Positions 38,423 through 47,117 of a stretch of DNA of 64,000 nt are shown piece by piece. Source of the stretch: Candidatus Zambryskibacteria bacterium RIFCSPLOWO2_01_FULL_39_39 (GTDB lineage: Bacteria > Patescibacteriota > Minisyncoccia > Phycocordibacterales > WO2-35-19); contig MHWB01000009.1 in NCBI GenBank assembly GCA_001823925.1, positions 25,086 to 89,085 of the forward strand, written 5' to 3'. Positions within the stretch are counted from its first letter, which is position 1; each line of letters begins with the position of its first letter. Under the pieces are notes generated by a model, which worked only from the letters and a program-made list of their open reading frames with translations, searched no databases and was not told the DNA's origin. Both the position numbers and the translations under genes were made by a program.

Positions 38423-39567
38423 TGAGTCATTATAGCACCACCTAAGCATATTTCTCCATCGTATAAAACCAAAGACTGCCCCGGAGAGACTCCAATTTGA
38501 GGTTTGTCAAAAATTACTTTTGTTCCGTCGCCTGAAATTTTAATTTTGCATCCGATTTTTTCTTGACGGTATCTGATGCGACAAGACAGATTTTTATTAT
38601 TGATTTCTTGCGTAAAATTAACATCTTTTAATTTTATTTCTTTACTTAACATTTTTAACGATCGTTTTAAATGTTTAGATGCGACTGTAATGGTATTGTT
38701 TTTAAGATTTTTTTCTACTACGTATAAAGGCACTTCCTGATTTGATTTCTGGGTAATAGTAAAACCGTGGCGCTCTCCTATTGTAAAAAATAGCGCTCCA
38801 TTATGATTGCCGATTATTTTGCTTTTGTCGTTTAATACACTTCCCATTTTTGGTTTTATATATCTTGATAAAAATTCTTTCATGTCAATTTGCCCTAAAA
38901 AGCAAAGACCTTGGCTGTCCTTTCTTGTTGCTTGAGGAAGCCCAAACTGTTTGGCAAGTTTGCGGACTTCTTCTTTTTGCAAGTGTCCGATGGGAAATAA
39001 AATATGTTTTAGTTGTTTTTGGGTTAAAGTCCAGAGAAAATAACTTTGATCTTTATTTTTATCCTTTCCTTCCAAAAGAATCACCTCACCCCCCTGCCCT
39101 ATCTCATAACTTCCCCTACCCCCTCTTACCTTAAGAGGGGGAAAGATCTGACAATAATGTCCTGTCGCCACAAAGTCTGCTCCATTTTTCAAAGCAAATT
39201 TCAAAAAGTGTCCAAACTTTATTTCTTTGTTGCACATTACATCCGGATTAGGAGTCTTACCCTTCCTATACTCTTCTATCATATAATCCACGATTTGCTT
39301 CTTATATTCTTTTTCTAAATCCAAAGTAATGAAAGGAATATCCAAGACTGCAGCCGCACGCATTGCACTTCGCCTGTCATCCTTCCATGTGCAAGGGTAA
39401 CCTTCTGGTGTCCAAGCTTTTATAAAAACCCCAGTTACATCGAATCCATCTTTTTTTAAGAGCGCCGCCGACACAGCCGAGTCTACTCCTCCTGAAAGCC
39501 CTACAAAAACTCTTTGATTTCGCTCAGAGTGAACTTTTTGTTTAGGTTTAATATCATTGCTTTTCAT
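38419..39567 (-). CDS. mnmA: tRNA 2-thiouridine synthase MnmA
   Basis: 382 aa with the PP-loop SGGVDSAV and the downstream catalytic cysteine region. Confidence 0.85.
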   Translation of the reverse strand: MKSNDIKPKQKVHSERNQRVFVGLSGGVDSAVSAALLKKDGFDVTGVFIKAWTPEGYPCTWKDDRRSAMRAAAVLDIPFITLDLEKEYKKQIVDYMIEEYRKGKTPNPDVMCNKEIKFGHFLKFALKNGADFVATGHYCQIFPPLKVRGGRGSYEIGQGGEVILLEGKDKNKDQSYFLWTLTQKQLKHILFPIGHLQKEEVRKLAKQFGLPQATRKDSQGLCFLGQIDMKEFLSRYIKPKMGSVLNDKSKIIGNHNGALFFTIGERHGFTITQKSNQEVPLYVVEKNLKNNTITVASKHLKRSLKMLSKEIKLKDVNFTQEINNKNLSCRIRYRQEKIGCKIKISGDGTKVIFDKPQIGVSPGQSLVLYDGEICLGGAIMTQ

Positions 39568-39597
39568 AGGTGGTTATGATATAATATAAGTAGACAG

Positions 39598-39966
39598 TTG
39601 GCAAGAAAGAGAGGAATTATGATCCTAAATCTGAGTATCCAAGGTTATATCTCTTTGGGAAAAGACGATGGGAATCTGAAAATGGACGCGATGCATGGAG
39701 TTATGAATTTTCTTAGAGTGGCCGCAAATTATGTTGGTGATGATTTGGGATCGGTCGATCTCAATATTATGATGGACACAGCCAATGTTCCCACGGGAAC
39801 TGTGTTGTTCCACGTTGAGCGTAAATCCAGCGAGTCAGCCAGCTTTTACTACAATGTTTCGCACAATAGCGGAACGCCGGACTTTATTTCAATGGAGAAG
39901 CGGGGTATACCGCTAAGGCCTGTTGAGTTCTTCAATCGTGCAGTCTGTTTGAAAGTTCGCGTCTGA
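39598..39966 (+). CDS. GC-rich orphan hypothetical protein
   Basis: 122-aa ORF with its own -10-like TATAAT and a GC-rich hairpin plus T-run terminator at 39977-40015. Confidence 0.35.
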   Translation: MARKRGIMILNLSIQGYISLGKDDGNLKMDAMHGVMNFLRVAANYVGDDLGSVDLNIMMDTANVPTGTVLFHVERKSSESASFYYNVSHNSGTPDFISMEKRGIPLRPVEFFNRAVCLKVRV

Positions 39967-40046
39967 TCTCAATCAGTCCCCGGCCCGCTACGGCGCGCTG
40001 GGGTTTTTGTTTTTATACTTTCTAACTTACGATTTTCTACTTTTTA

Positions 40047-41120
40047 CTAATTCAAATACAACTCCCTGTTTCTTTTATGCTCATCAAAATTTTTGGCGTA
40101 ATACATATTGCCTGATTTGTCAGATAGGAAATATAGATAATTTGTTTTAGTCGGAGTAATGGCGGCACGAATTGAATCTATACCAGGGTTTGTGATGGCG
40201 GTCGGAGGCAATCCTTTGTTTTTATAGGTGTTATACTTATGATCTTCCGCCAAGTCTTCTTTGGTAAGAGTGTACGAATTTTTACCATTATAGTATTGAA
40301 AAGGGGCATCAACCTGGAGTGGCATTTCTAAACGCAATCTTTTCCATAAAATACCAGAGACAATCCTCTTTGACTCTAGTGTGCCGTTGGCCTCGTCTTC
40401 AATGATCGAAGCCATTGTTACGACCTCATTCAAAGGTTTTTGAAATTTTAAAACATCTTCCTCGTACGTTTTTATTTGTCTAGCAAAGTTTTCTCGCATC
40501 ATTAAAATGAGGTCACTTGCTTTGGTGTTGGGCATTAAAAAGTAAGTATCTGGAAAAAGGTAACCCTCATAATTATTATCAGAAACTTCAGCCACAAAAT
40601 CTTTGGTGTTGAAAGTTGGCAACTCTTTCTCCAAAATTTTCCCAATTTCAATAGAGGAGGTGCCTTCGGGTATGGTTATTTTTTGGGCGATTAGACCAAA
40701 CTCTCCGTTGTGAATCATTTTTGCTACCTTAAAAATATTGGTGGCATCGGGGAAATAGTAATCACCCGCTATCACCCTCTTTTCACCGCCCAAAATGAAA
40801 ATAAATGTCTTTAACCACAAACCAGAGCGCACCCCTTTTTTTTCCTCAAAAGAATTTGCTATCTGCGATAAAGACTCTCCTCTCTCTATAGTAATCAAGG
40901 CCTGTTCTGGAAAGGGCTTTGGTGATCTAAAAGCAAAAAAGTATAGGACTCCAAATAAAACTAGCGACAAAAAAACAGCTGAAATTGCCCTTATAAAATG
41001 GTTGTCCAAAAACAATAATACTTTGGTGACTCTGTCTCGCCAAGCGATAAGTCTCAGGTGGCGAGGATCTCGCTCAAGTAAAACAGCCACTTTTTTCTTT
41101 AAATTTAACCAAAAGTCCAT
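40047..41120 (-). CDS. mltG: endolytic murein transglycosylase MltG (YceG-like)
   Basis: 357 aa with an N-terminal TM segment and a YceG domain. Confidence 0.75.
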   Translation of the reverse strand: MDFWLNLKKKVAVLLERDPRHLRLIAWRDRVTKVLLFLDNHFIRAISAVFLSLVLFGVLYFFAFRSPKPFPEQALITIERGESLSQIANSFEEKKGVRSGLWLKTFIFILGGEKRVIAGDYYFPDATNIFKVAKMIHNGEFGLIAQKITIPEGTSSIEIGKILEKELPTFNTKDFVAEVSDNNYEGYLFPDTYFLMPNTKASDLILMMRENFARQIKTYEEDVLKFQKPLNEVVTMASIIEDEANGTLESKRIVSGILWKRLRLEMPLQVDAPFQYYNGKNSYTLTKEDLAEDHKYNTYKNKGLPPTAITNPGIDSIRAAITPTKTNYLYFLSDKSGNMYYAKNFDEHKRNRELYLN

Positions 41121-41126
41121 AGAAGT

Positions 41127-42368
41127 TTATATTGGCAAATTAGAAGGAGCTTTAGACTTGAGTGAAGGGATTTTCTCGAAGGTTGGGGTGCTGGCTACTG
41201 ATCCGGGGAAGTGAAAAATGGTAGCAAGTTCCTCAATGTTTAAGACAAAAGGTTTGCTATAAAATTTTTTGCCTTTCCATGGTGAATAAAAATATCGTCG
41301 AAGTTTGTACTCTTCCAAAACTTTTGGTTTTAATTTCTCTTTTGCATTCCACCACTCTTGCCAAGGATAATCAAAAATAGTAAACCAGCCAGTCGGCTTA
41401 AAGCCGTTTAGATTTAGAGAGCCGTATTGTTTGAAGGAGCCACCAATACCACCTCCACCGTTGCCTGGGTTAAATTTTTCTTTGTCGGCGATATAAATAC
41501 CTCTGATGCCGACATCAAAAGGTAGCTTTGAGACGCTACGCTCTAGAGCGGCTATTACATCGGCCTCGCCTTTACTTGGAATTCTAGGGAAACCACCTTC
41601 TTCTTTGGCCACTTTTAATTCTTTTAAGATTTTTTCTTTCTCTTTTTTTGCCTCATCTACCCAAGCGTCTTCTTTTTCTCCAAATACATCAGCTAGACGT
41701 CTCTTTTTGTGGGCACGGATCAATATCTGAATCCAAACATTGTGTCCCTCGGTAATGGAGCCTAAAAATTCTATAAGAGGAGTCATTGGGTCTACTTTAA
41801 ACTCTTCTTTTGGATCTTTATCTAGACCGTAGTCAATGTAAGTTTTGATTGGATAAGGGTCGGCTTTAGTCAAAGCAAATTCACAGGCCCAAATATTATT
41901 TAAATCAGATTTGTAGTAAAAAGGTTTGGTATAATCTTCCACTTCATATATTTCTATACCCGGATATTGAGAATATATTTGAGATTCAACAATGTTTCTG
42001 TGTTTTGGTTTGGTCCAGATAAAAAATTTTATATTGCCCCCAATAGAGACTATTTCTAATGAAAACCAGCCTCTAGTTTGACCATTCCATATTCTGTCTA
42101 TCCAAGTGCCCTCGCCACCGGGCTGGTGGAAAGCCGCTAAAACCACTTCCATCGCCAAAGGAGACTTCATTATTTCTCTTGGCAACTTTATCTCTAAAAG
42201 GACCGAACCTTCTTTTTGCCAAAATTTTGTCCGTTTATAATAAAGCCAAGCATTAAAAAAGGCCACCAAAAAAGCGACTGGAAGCCAAAAAGGCATAGCA
42301 AGGTAAACATACCTAAATGCCAGAAGTAAGCCATCCCAAATTTCAGGTGGTATAAAACCAAAAATCAT
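41127..42368 (-). CDS. hypothetical membrane protein
   Basis: 413 aa with 2 N-terminal TM helices. No recognisable motif. Confidence 0.45.
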   Translation of the reverse strand: MIFGFIPPEIWDGLLLAFRYVYLAMPFWLPVAFLVAFFNAWLYYKRTKFWQKEGSVLLEIKLPREIMKSPLAMEVVLAAFHQPGGEGTWIDRIWNGQTRGWFSLEIVSIGGNIKFFIWTKPKHRNIVESQIYSQYPGIEIYEVEDYTKPFYYKSDLNNIWACEFALTKADPYPIKTYIDYGLDKDPKEEFKVDPMTPLIEFLGSITEGHNVWIQILIRAHKKRRLADVFGEKEDAWVDEAKKEKEKILKELKVAKEEGGFPRIPSKGEADVIAALERSVSKLPFDVGIRGIYIADKEKFNPGNGGGGIGGSFKQYGSLNLNGFKPTGWFTIFDYPWQEWWNAKEKLKPKVLEEYKLRRYFYSPWKGKKFYSKPFVLNIEELATIFHFPGSVASTPTFEKIPSLKSKAPSNLPI

Positions 42369-42392
42369 ACATTAAATTATAGCACAGAGAAT

Positions 42393-43448
42393 TTATACTA
42401 CTGTGTACATTCCCTGCTTATTTTTCCTGAAGTATTTTGGATTTTGGAGATTGACCATCACTGTGTTGGCTTTGACGTATCGCTCTTTCATCACTTTTTC
42501 CAAGACGGCCTCTTTTGCCAAGGCCCCGTTCTTTTTGAGAATATCTCGGATAACGTCTCGAACCACGCCAGTAGAGTAGCCCCATTCTTTGAGAGCATAA
42601 AGACCGCGACCAACCAAGACAAAACGCGGGTCTTTGATAAGTTCGTTGTGGGTGGTGGCGACATGAGCTTTTTTGTTGAAAACTTCGCTGATGAGTTTGG
42701 CTACTTCGCGGAAATGTATTGGCGAGCCATGTTTACGTAAAATAAGGTAGGCATAATCGCGTACCCCCTTTGTTTTTATATTGGAAGATTTTGATTTGCC
42801 CCATTCACCTAGCGGATTTTTGGCAATATTTTTTGAAATAGAAAGCCACCGAGTGAGTATCTCATCTTGTTTAAATTCATTGGAGACATCTTTTAAGTGT
42901 TCTAGGAAAGAAGAGACGATTTCAGATTCTGGAATTATTTCATCGTCTCCGAGTCCGGTATAAAGCTTACGCAATGCGTTGTGGATTTTTTCGGCCAATT
43001 CACCATCTACATGCCAACGGTGCTTAAACTCAATATCTTCTTTTATTTTATTAAAATCATCCCCAACTACTAAAAGAAAATGAATATATTTTTTAGTGAC
43101 AATATCTTTACCCAAATGATTTAATAAATCATCTTCAGATATTACTCCGCCCATTTTACTTACAATATTTTTGAGTTCCTCAAAAACCGCTACCTCTTTT
43201 TCGTAGGTCGGAGCTTTTCTTATATGATTTACCGCATAGTTTTCAATTTGTCGCACTCTCTCTCTGGTGATGCCGTATTTTTTGCCTATCGCTTCCAAAG
43301 TCATCTCTTTTCCTTCTTGGTTCAAACCAAACCTGCCTACAATGACATCTTGGGCCCTAGCCGGTAGAGAGCTTAAAAGTCTTTTGACAACCTGTTTAGG
43401 ATTAAATGACAGACTGAAAGTTTTATTCTTGAGAACTTCTTTTTTCAT
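42393..43448 (-). CDS. DNA-binding protein with a sigma70 region-4 HTH and a C-terminal HARE-HTH
   Basis: Region-4 HTH GKKYGITRERVRQIE, plus a C-terminal ...FVLVGRGLYALKEWGY HARE-HTH pattern. Confidence 0.5.
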   Translation of the reverse strand: MKKEVLKNKTFSLSFNPKQVVKRLLSSLPARAQDVIVGRFGLNQEGKEMTLEAIGKKYGITRERVRQIENYAVNHIRKAPTYEKEVAVFEELKNIVSKMGGVISEDDLLNHLGKDIVTKKYIHFLLVVGDDFNKIKEDIEFKHRWHVDGELAEKIHNALRKLYTGLGDDEIIPESEIVSSFLEHLKDVSNEFKQDEILTRWLSISKNIAKNPLGEWGKSKSSNIKTKGVRDYAYLILRKHGSPIHFREVAKLISEVFNKKAHVATTHNELIKDPRFVLVGRGLYALKEWGYSTGVVRDVIRDILKKNGALAKEAVLEKVMKERYVKANTVMVNLQNPKYFRKNKQGMYTVV

Positions 43449-43523
43449 AAATTTATTAAATTAATTAGACCACAATATTATACCACATTTACACTCTCTA
43501 CAATATCACAGACGGTTTTTTTG

Positions 43524-46427
43524 TCAAATTACCAAATTGATTATTTTATTTGGTACAAAAATTATCTTTCTAACCTCTTTTCCATCTAGCCACTTTTGGA
43601 CCTCTGGTAGAGATAAAGCCTTTTTCCTCACCTTATCTTCAGTCGGGTTGGGTTCTGCTTCAAACTGCGCCCTTATCTTGCCGTTTATTTGAACGACTAT
43701 TATTACTTTTTCTTCCTTTATTTTTGAAAGGTCTGCTTCTGGCCATTTTTCGAGATGGATGGAGTCTTTGTGGCCCATCTTGCTCCAGATCTCTTCTGTG
43801 ATATGTGGTGCAAAAGGTGCCAAAAGTTTCAAAAATATCTCAAATATGTCAAGGTTGAACCTTGACATACCCATCTCCTTTTCCAGTTCATTTAAGAAAA
43901 TCATCATGGCTGAAATGGCGGTATTGAATTTGTAACTTTCTATATCTTCTGTAACTTTCTTTATTGTCTTATGCAGTAAACTTTTGAGTTTTACTTCGCC
44001 CGTTGTAGTTTTGGCGGAAGCGGGATTTTTATTTGTGTCATTCGTGTTTATTCGTGTATTGGTATCGAGTCTCCACACTCTTTCCAAAAATCTTCTGATA
44101 CCAACAATACCTCCCAAGTCCCACGGATACTGCCCCGTCTCGTTGTAAGGTCCGATGAAAGCTAAATACATTTTTACAGTGTCTGATCCAACTTTTTCTA
44201 CCAGCTCATCGGGGTCTCCTCCATTACCTTTACTCTTACTCATTTTTTGCCCATCTGGACCCAAGATAAGTCCACGGTTCATTCTTTCTCTAAAAGGCTC
44301 TGATTCGTTCACTAGTCCCAAGTCAAAAAGAACTTTGTGGAAAAATCTGGCATACAAAAGATGCATGGTAGTGTGTTCGGCTCCGCCAGAATATCTAGAG
44401 ACCGGCATCCATTTTTTTAACCTGAGTTTATCGAATGGTTCTTTTTTATTTTGAGGATCGCAATATCTAAGAAAATACCAAGAAGAATCTACGAAAGTAT
44501 CCATAGTATCGTATTCAGGAGTCCAGCCTTTACCAAATATTTTCTCCACCCTTTCTTTTAATCCTTTTGAAGTGGCCAAAGGGGACTCTCCTTTTGGATT
44601 AAAGTCCACATCTTCTGGTAAAAGCCACGGTAAGTGCTCCTCTGGGATTTGGTGTGGCTTACCTTCCGGATCATAAACTACGGGTATTGGGCAACCCCAA
44701 TATCTCTGACGACTTAAGAGCCAATCTCTTAATTTATATTTGACCACTTTCTCCCCAAACTTTTCTGTTATTTTTTCTCGTGCTTCTTCGCTTCCCGTTC
44801 CGTCAAATTTTTCTGAATTTACAAGTATTCCTTCTCCAGCATAAGCTTTAGCTGAGATATTTCCGCCACTTATTACTTCAACAATCGACAAATTGTATTT
44901 TTTGGCGAACTCAAAATCGCGCTCATCGTGGGCAGGTACGGCCATGACGGCTCCAGTACCATAATTATTTAACACATAATCAGCTACAAAGACTGGTACT
45001 TCTTCTCCTGTCGCAGGATTTATGGCCGTCACCCCTTCTATTTTTACGCCTGTCTTAACTTTTTTTGCATCAGTCCTCTCTATTTCAGTTTTGCTTTTTG
45101 TCTCTTTTATATATTTTTCTATTTCTGATTTGTTTGTTATTTCTGATTTCTGATTTTTGATTTGTTCTGTAAGCCATGGATGTTCTGGCGCAACAACAAG
45201 ATAAGTTACGCCGAAAAGTGTATCAATACGAGTAGTAAAGACGCTAATCACCCCTCCCAAACCCTCCCCCAAGGGGAGGGCTTTCAAATCCTCGTGTATT
45301 TCTTTTAGAACATTTACGATATTATTTTCAATTTCTTCGTTTTTAAATCGTATAACTTTAAAACCATTTTGTTCAAGTAAATTTGTTCTCTCCTCGTCTC
45401 TTTCTTTTTGGTGGTCGTGTATGTCTCCGTCAACCTCAATTATTAACATTTTTTCTATGCAAACAAAATCTACAATAAATCTACCTATAATCCATTGTCT
45501 TCTAAAACGGTATCCTGTTGCGTCACGTCTTAAACCTTGCCATAAAATATCCTCGGTTTTTGTTGGGGCTTTTCTCATCTCAACTGCTCTGCCGTGGAGT
45601 TCTCTCCAATTTTCTTTATCCGTGGTGTAGAATTTTGGGTCTCCCTCCCCTTGGGGGAGGGCCGGGGTGGGGTGGTTTATTTCAAACTCCACTTCCGCCC
45701 CTTCTGATTTGCCTATCCAATTTCTCTGCGCCTCTTTTATTTGTTCTGGCCACTTCAAATCATCCATATCAGAAAGTAGTCTCTCCGCATAATCAGTGAT
45801 TTTGAAAAACCATTGCTCCAAATCTTTTTGTATAACTTCACTACCACATCTCTCACACTTCCCCGCTATCACCTGTTCGTTGGCTAGCACTGTGTTGCAA
45901 GACGGACACCAGTTGACGCTTGCTTTCTTTTTGTAAGCCAGACCTTTTTTAAAAATTTCCAAAAACAACCACTGTGTCCATTTATAATATTCTGGGTCCG
46001 AAGTAATAACTTTGCGCGACCAATCAAAAGAGTTGCCCATACTTTGGAGTTGTTTCTCCATATAAGCAATATTTTCGTAAGTCCACTTTTTAGGATCTAA
46101 GCCTCTTTTTATTGCGGCATTTTCTGCTGGGAGTCCAAATGCGTCAAAACCGATCGGAAACATTACATTAAAACCTTGCATCCTTTTAGTACGCGCAAAA
46201 ATATCTGGTACAGCAAACGCGTACCAATGGCCGATATGTAAATTGCCAGATGGATAAGGAAACTCTACTAACGCATAAAAATTTCTTCGGCTCGACGAAG
46301 CCTTGGCGGAGTCGGCTGCATCATCTTTGACTTCATAAATCTTATCCTCCTTCCACCTCTTCTGCCACCCCTTTTCTATTTCTTTATGATTATACTTCTC
46401 GCTCATACTAAAACTATAACTCACCAA
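43524..46427 (-). CDS. leuS: leucyl-tRNA synthetase carrying an in-frame DUF559 (Vsr-like endonuclease fold) insertion
   Basis: 967 aa with HIGH (HIGHWYA) and KMSKS motifs and a CP1 editing domain (TTRIDTLFG). About 140 extra residues (aa 252-393) are inserted just before the CP1 domain. Confidence 0.9.
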   Translation of the reverse strand: MVSYSFSMSEKYNHKEIEKGWQKRWKEDKIYEVKDDAADSAKASSSRRNFYALVEFPYPSGNLHIGHWYAFAVPDIFARTKRMQGFNVMFPIGFDAFGLPAENAAIKRGLDPKKWTYENIAYMEKQLQSMGNSFDWSRKVITSDPEYYKWTQWLFLEIFKKGLAYKKKASVNWCPSCNTVLANEQVIAGKCERCGSEVIQKDLEQWFFKITDYAERLLSDMDDLKWPEQIKEAQRNWIGKSEGAEVEFEINHPTPALPQGEGDPKFYTTDKENWRELHGRAVEMRKAPTKTEDILWQGLRRDATGYRFRRQWIIGRFIVDFVCIEKMLIIEVDGDIHDHQKERDEERTNLLEQNGFKVIRFKNEEIENNIVNVLKEIHEDLKALPLGEGLGGVISVFTTRIDTLFGVTYLVVAPEHPWLTEQIKNQKSEITNKSEIEKYIKETKSKTEIERTDAKKVKTGVKIEGVTAINPATGEEVPVFVADYVLNNYGTGAVMAVPAHDERDFEFAKKYNLSIVEVISGGNISAKAYAGEGILVNSEKFDGTGSEEAREKITEKFGEKVVKYKLRDWLLSRQRYWGCPIPVVYDPEGKPHQIPEEHLPWLLPEDVDFNPKGESPLATSKGLKERVEKIFGKGWTPEYDTMDTFVDSSWYFLRYCDPQNKKEPFDKLRLKKWMPVSRYSGGAEHTTMHLLYARFFHKVLFDLGLVNESEPFRERMNRGLILGPDGQKMSKSKGNGGDPDELVEKVGSDTVKMYLAFIGPYNETGQYPWDLGGIVGIRRFLERVWRLDTNTRINTNDTNKNPASAKTTTGEVKLKSLLHKTIKKVTEDIESYKFNTAISAMMIFLNELEKEMGMSRFNLDIFEIFLKLLAPFAPHITEEIWSKMGHKDSIHLEKWPEADLSKIKEEKVIIVVQINGKIRAQFEAEPNPTEDKVRKKALSLPEVQKWLDGKEVRKIIFVPNKIINLVI
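45249..45674 (-). mobile_element. in-frame DUF559 domain insertion within leuS, bounded by 19-bp palindromes
   Basis: Encodes ...RFRRQWIIGRFIVDFVCIEKMLIIEVDGDIHDHQKERDEERTNLLEQNGFKVIRFKNEEI.... The palindromes CCCTCCCC-n3-GGGGAGGG lie at 45262-45280 and 45643-45661, each encoding LP(L/Q)GEG. Confidence 0.55.
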
Positions 46428-46485
46428 GCCTTAAATTTCTACTACACCTTAAAAAATCACAAAATTTATGAAATATATTTTCAAT

Positions 46486-46513
46486 ATTGACAAAAAAAAT
46501 AGACTTGCTATAA
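46486..46513 (+). promoter_or_regulatory. near-consensus sigma70-type promoter (TTGACA-16-TATAAT) upstream of the NfeD/flotillin operon
   Basis: TTGACA at 46486-46491 and TATAAT at 46508-46513. Confidence 0.45.
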
Positions 46514-46530
46514 TCCGTTCCAGACGCATC

Positions 46531-46552
46531 GGGAGACTAGAGTCTCTTTTTT
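46531..46552 (+). terminator. hairpin plus U7, a terminator or attenuator between the promoter and the nfeD ribosome-binding site
   Basis: GAGAC-taga-GTCTC followed by TTTTTTT, only about 15 nt after the predicted transcription start. Confidence 0.35.
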
Positions 46553-46583
46553 TGATGCAAATTCGTTGACAAGGAGGCTACAC

Positions 46584-47096
46584 ATGCCGCTTTTTTTGGT
46601 GACTGGTATTTTTGGACTCTTGTTTTTCGTAGGGTCCTTACTACTTGGTGATCACGATGTTGGTCACGACCACGATTTTGATGGTGACCACGACCACGAA
46701 GGGCCGAACATTTTCTCGGTTTTTAACGTGGCATGGTTTCTTATCGGATTCGGAGGGATGGGGGCCATCATGAGAGCCAATAGTATCAGTATGCCCGGGA
46801 GTACTATCTCTGGTTTACTGACCGGAGTTGTTTGTTGGGGCTTTGCATTCTTTGTAATGCATATGCTCAAGAAGCAGCAAGGTGACTCGACTGTCACTAC
46901 AGCTCGTCTTATGCAAGCAACTGGTGTTGTTGTCCTACAAATACCCGTGAATGGTATTGGTAAAATTCAATGTAGTGTGGCTGGAGGTTCGCAAGAATTT
47001 TTGGCTCGCTATGCTGGCGTCACTTCTTTACCCGAAGGTTCTCGAGTGAGAATTGTCGGTGATAATGGTGGTGTCTACACTGTGGAAACACTCTAA
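46584..47096 (+). CDS. NfeD-like membrane protein (short form) with a His/Asp-rich loop
   Basis: ATG at 46584 with an AAGGAGG ribosome-binding site. It has 2-3 TM helices and a C-terminal OB-fold (VNGIGKIQCSVAGGSQEFLARYAG....RVRIVGDNGGVYTVE), plus the GDHDVGHDHDFDGDHDHEG tract. The segment is GC-rich. Confidence 0.6.
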   Translation: MPLFLVTGIFGLLFFVGSLLLGDHDVGHDHDFDGDHDHEGPNIFSVFNVAWFLIGFGGMGAIMRANSISMPGSTISGLLTGVVCWGFAFFVMHMLKKQQGDSTVTTARLMQATGVVVLQIPVNGIGKIQCSVAGGSQEFLARYAGVTSLPEGSRVRIVGDNGGVYTVETL

Positions 47097-47117
47097 ACGA
47101 GAAAAGGAGAGAAAAAC

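Noticed and set aside
38644-38678. The palindrome inside mnmA, considered as an independent mobile-element insertion.
   Set aside because: It is only about 80% matched to the 63.4-kb palindromes and lies in-frame in a conserved gene. It is noted as a possible degenerate site but is not called as a feature.
45090-45175. Tandem TTTCTGATT repeats that could be a CRISPR or satellite.
   Set aside because: They are in-frame low-complexity coding sequence within leuS (…KSEIEKYIKETKSKTEIER…). They lack regular repeat-spacer periodicity and have no cas genes nearby.
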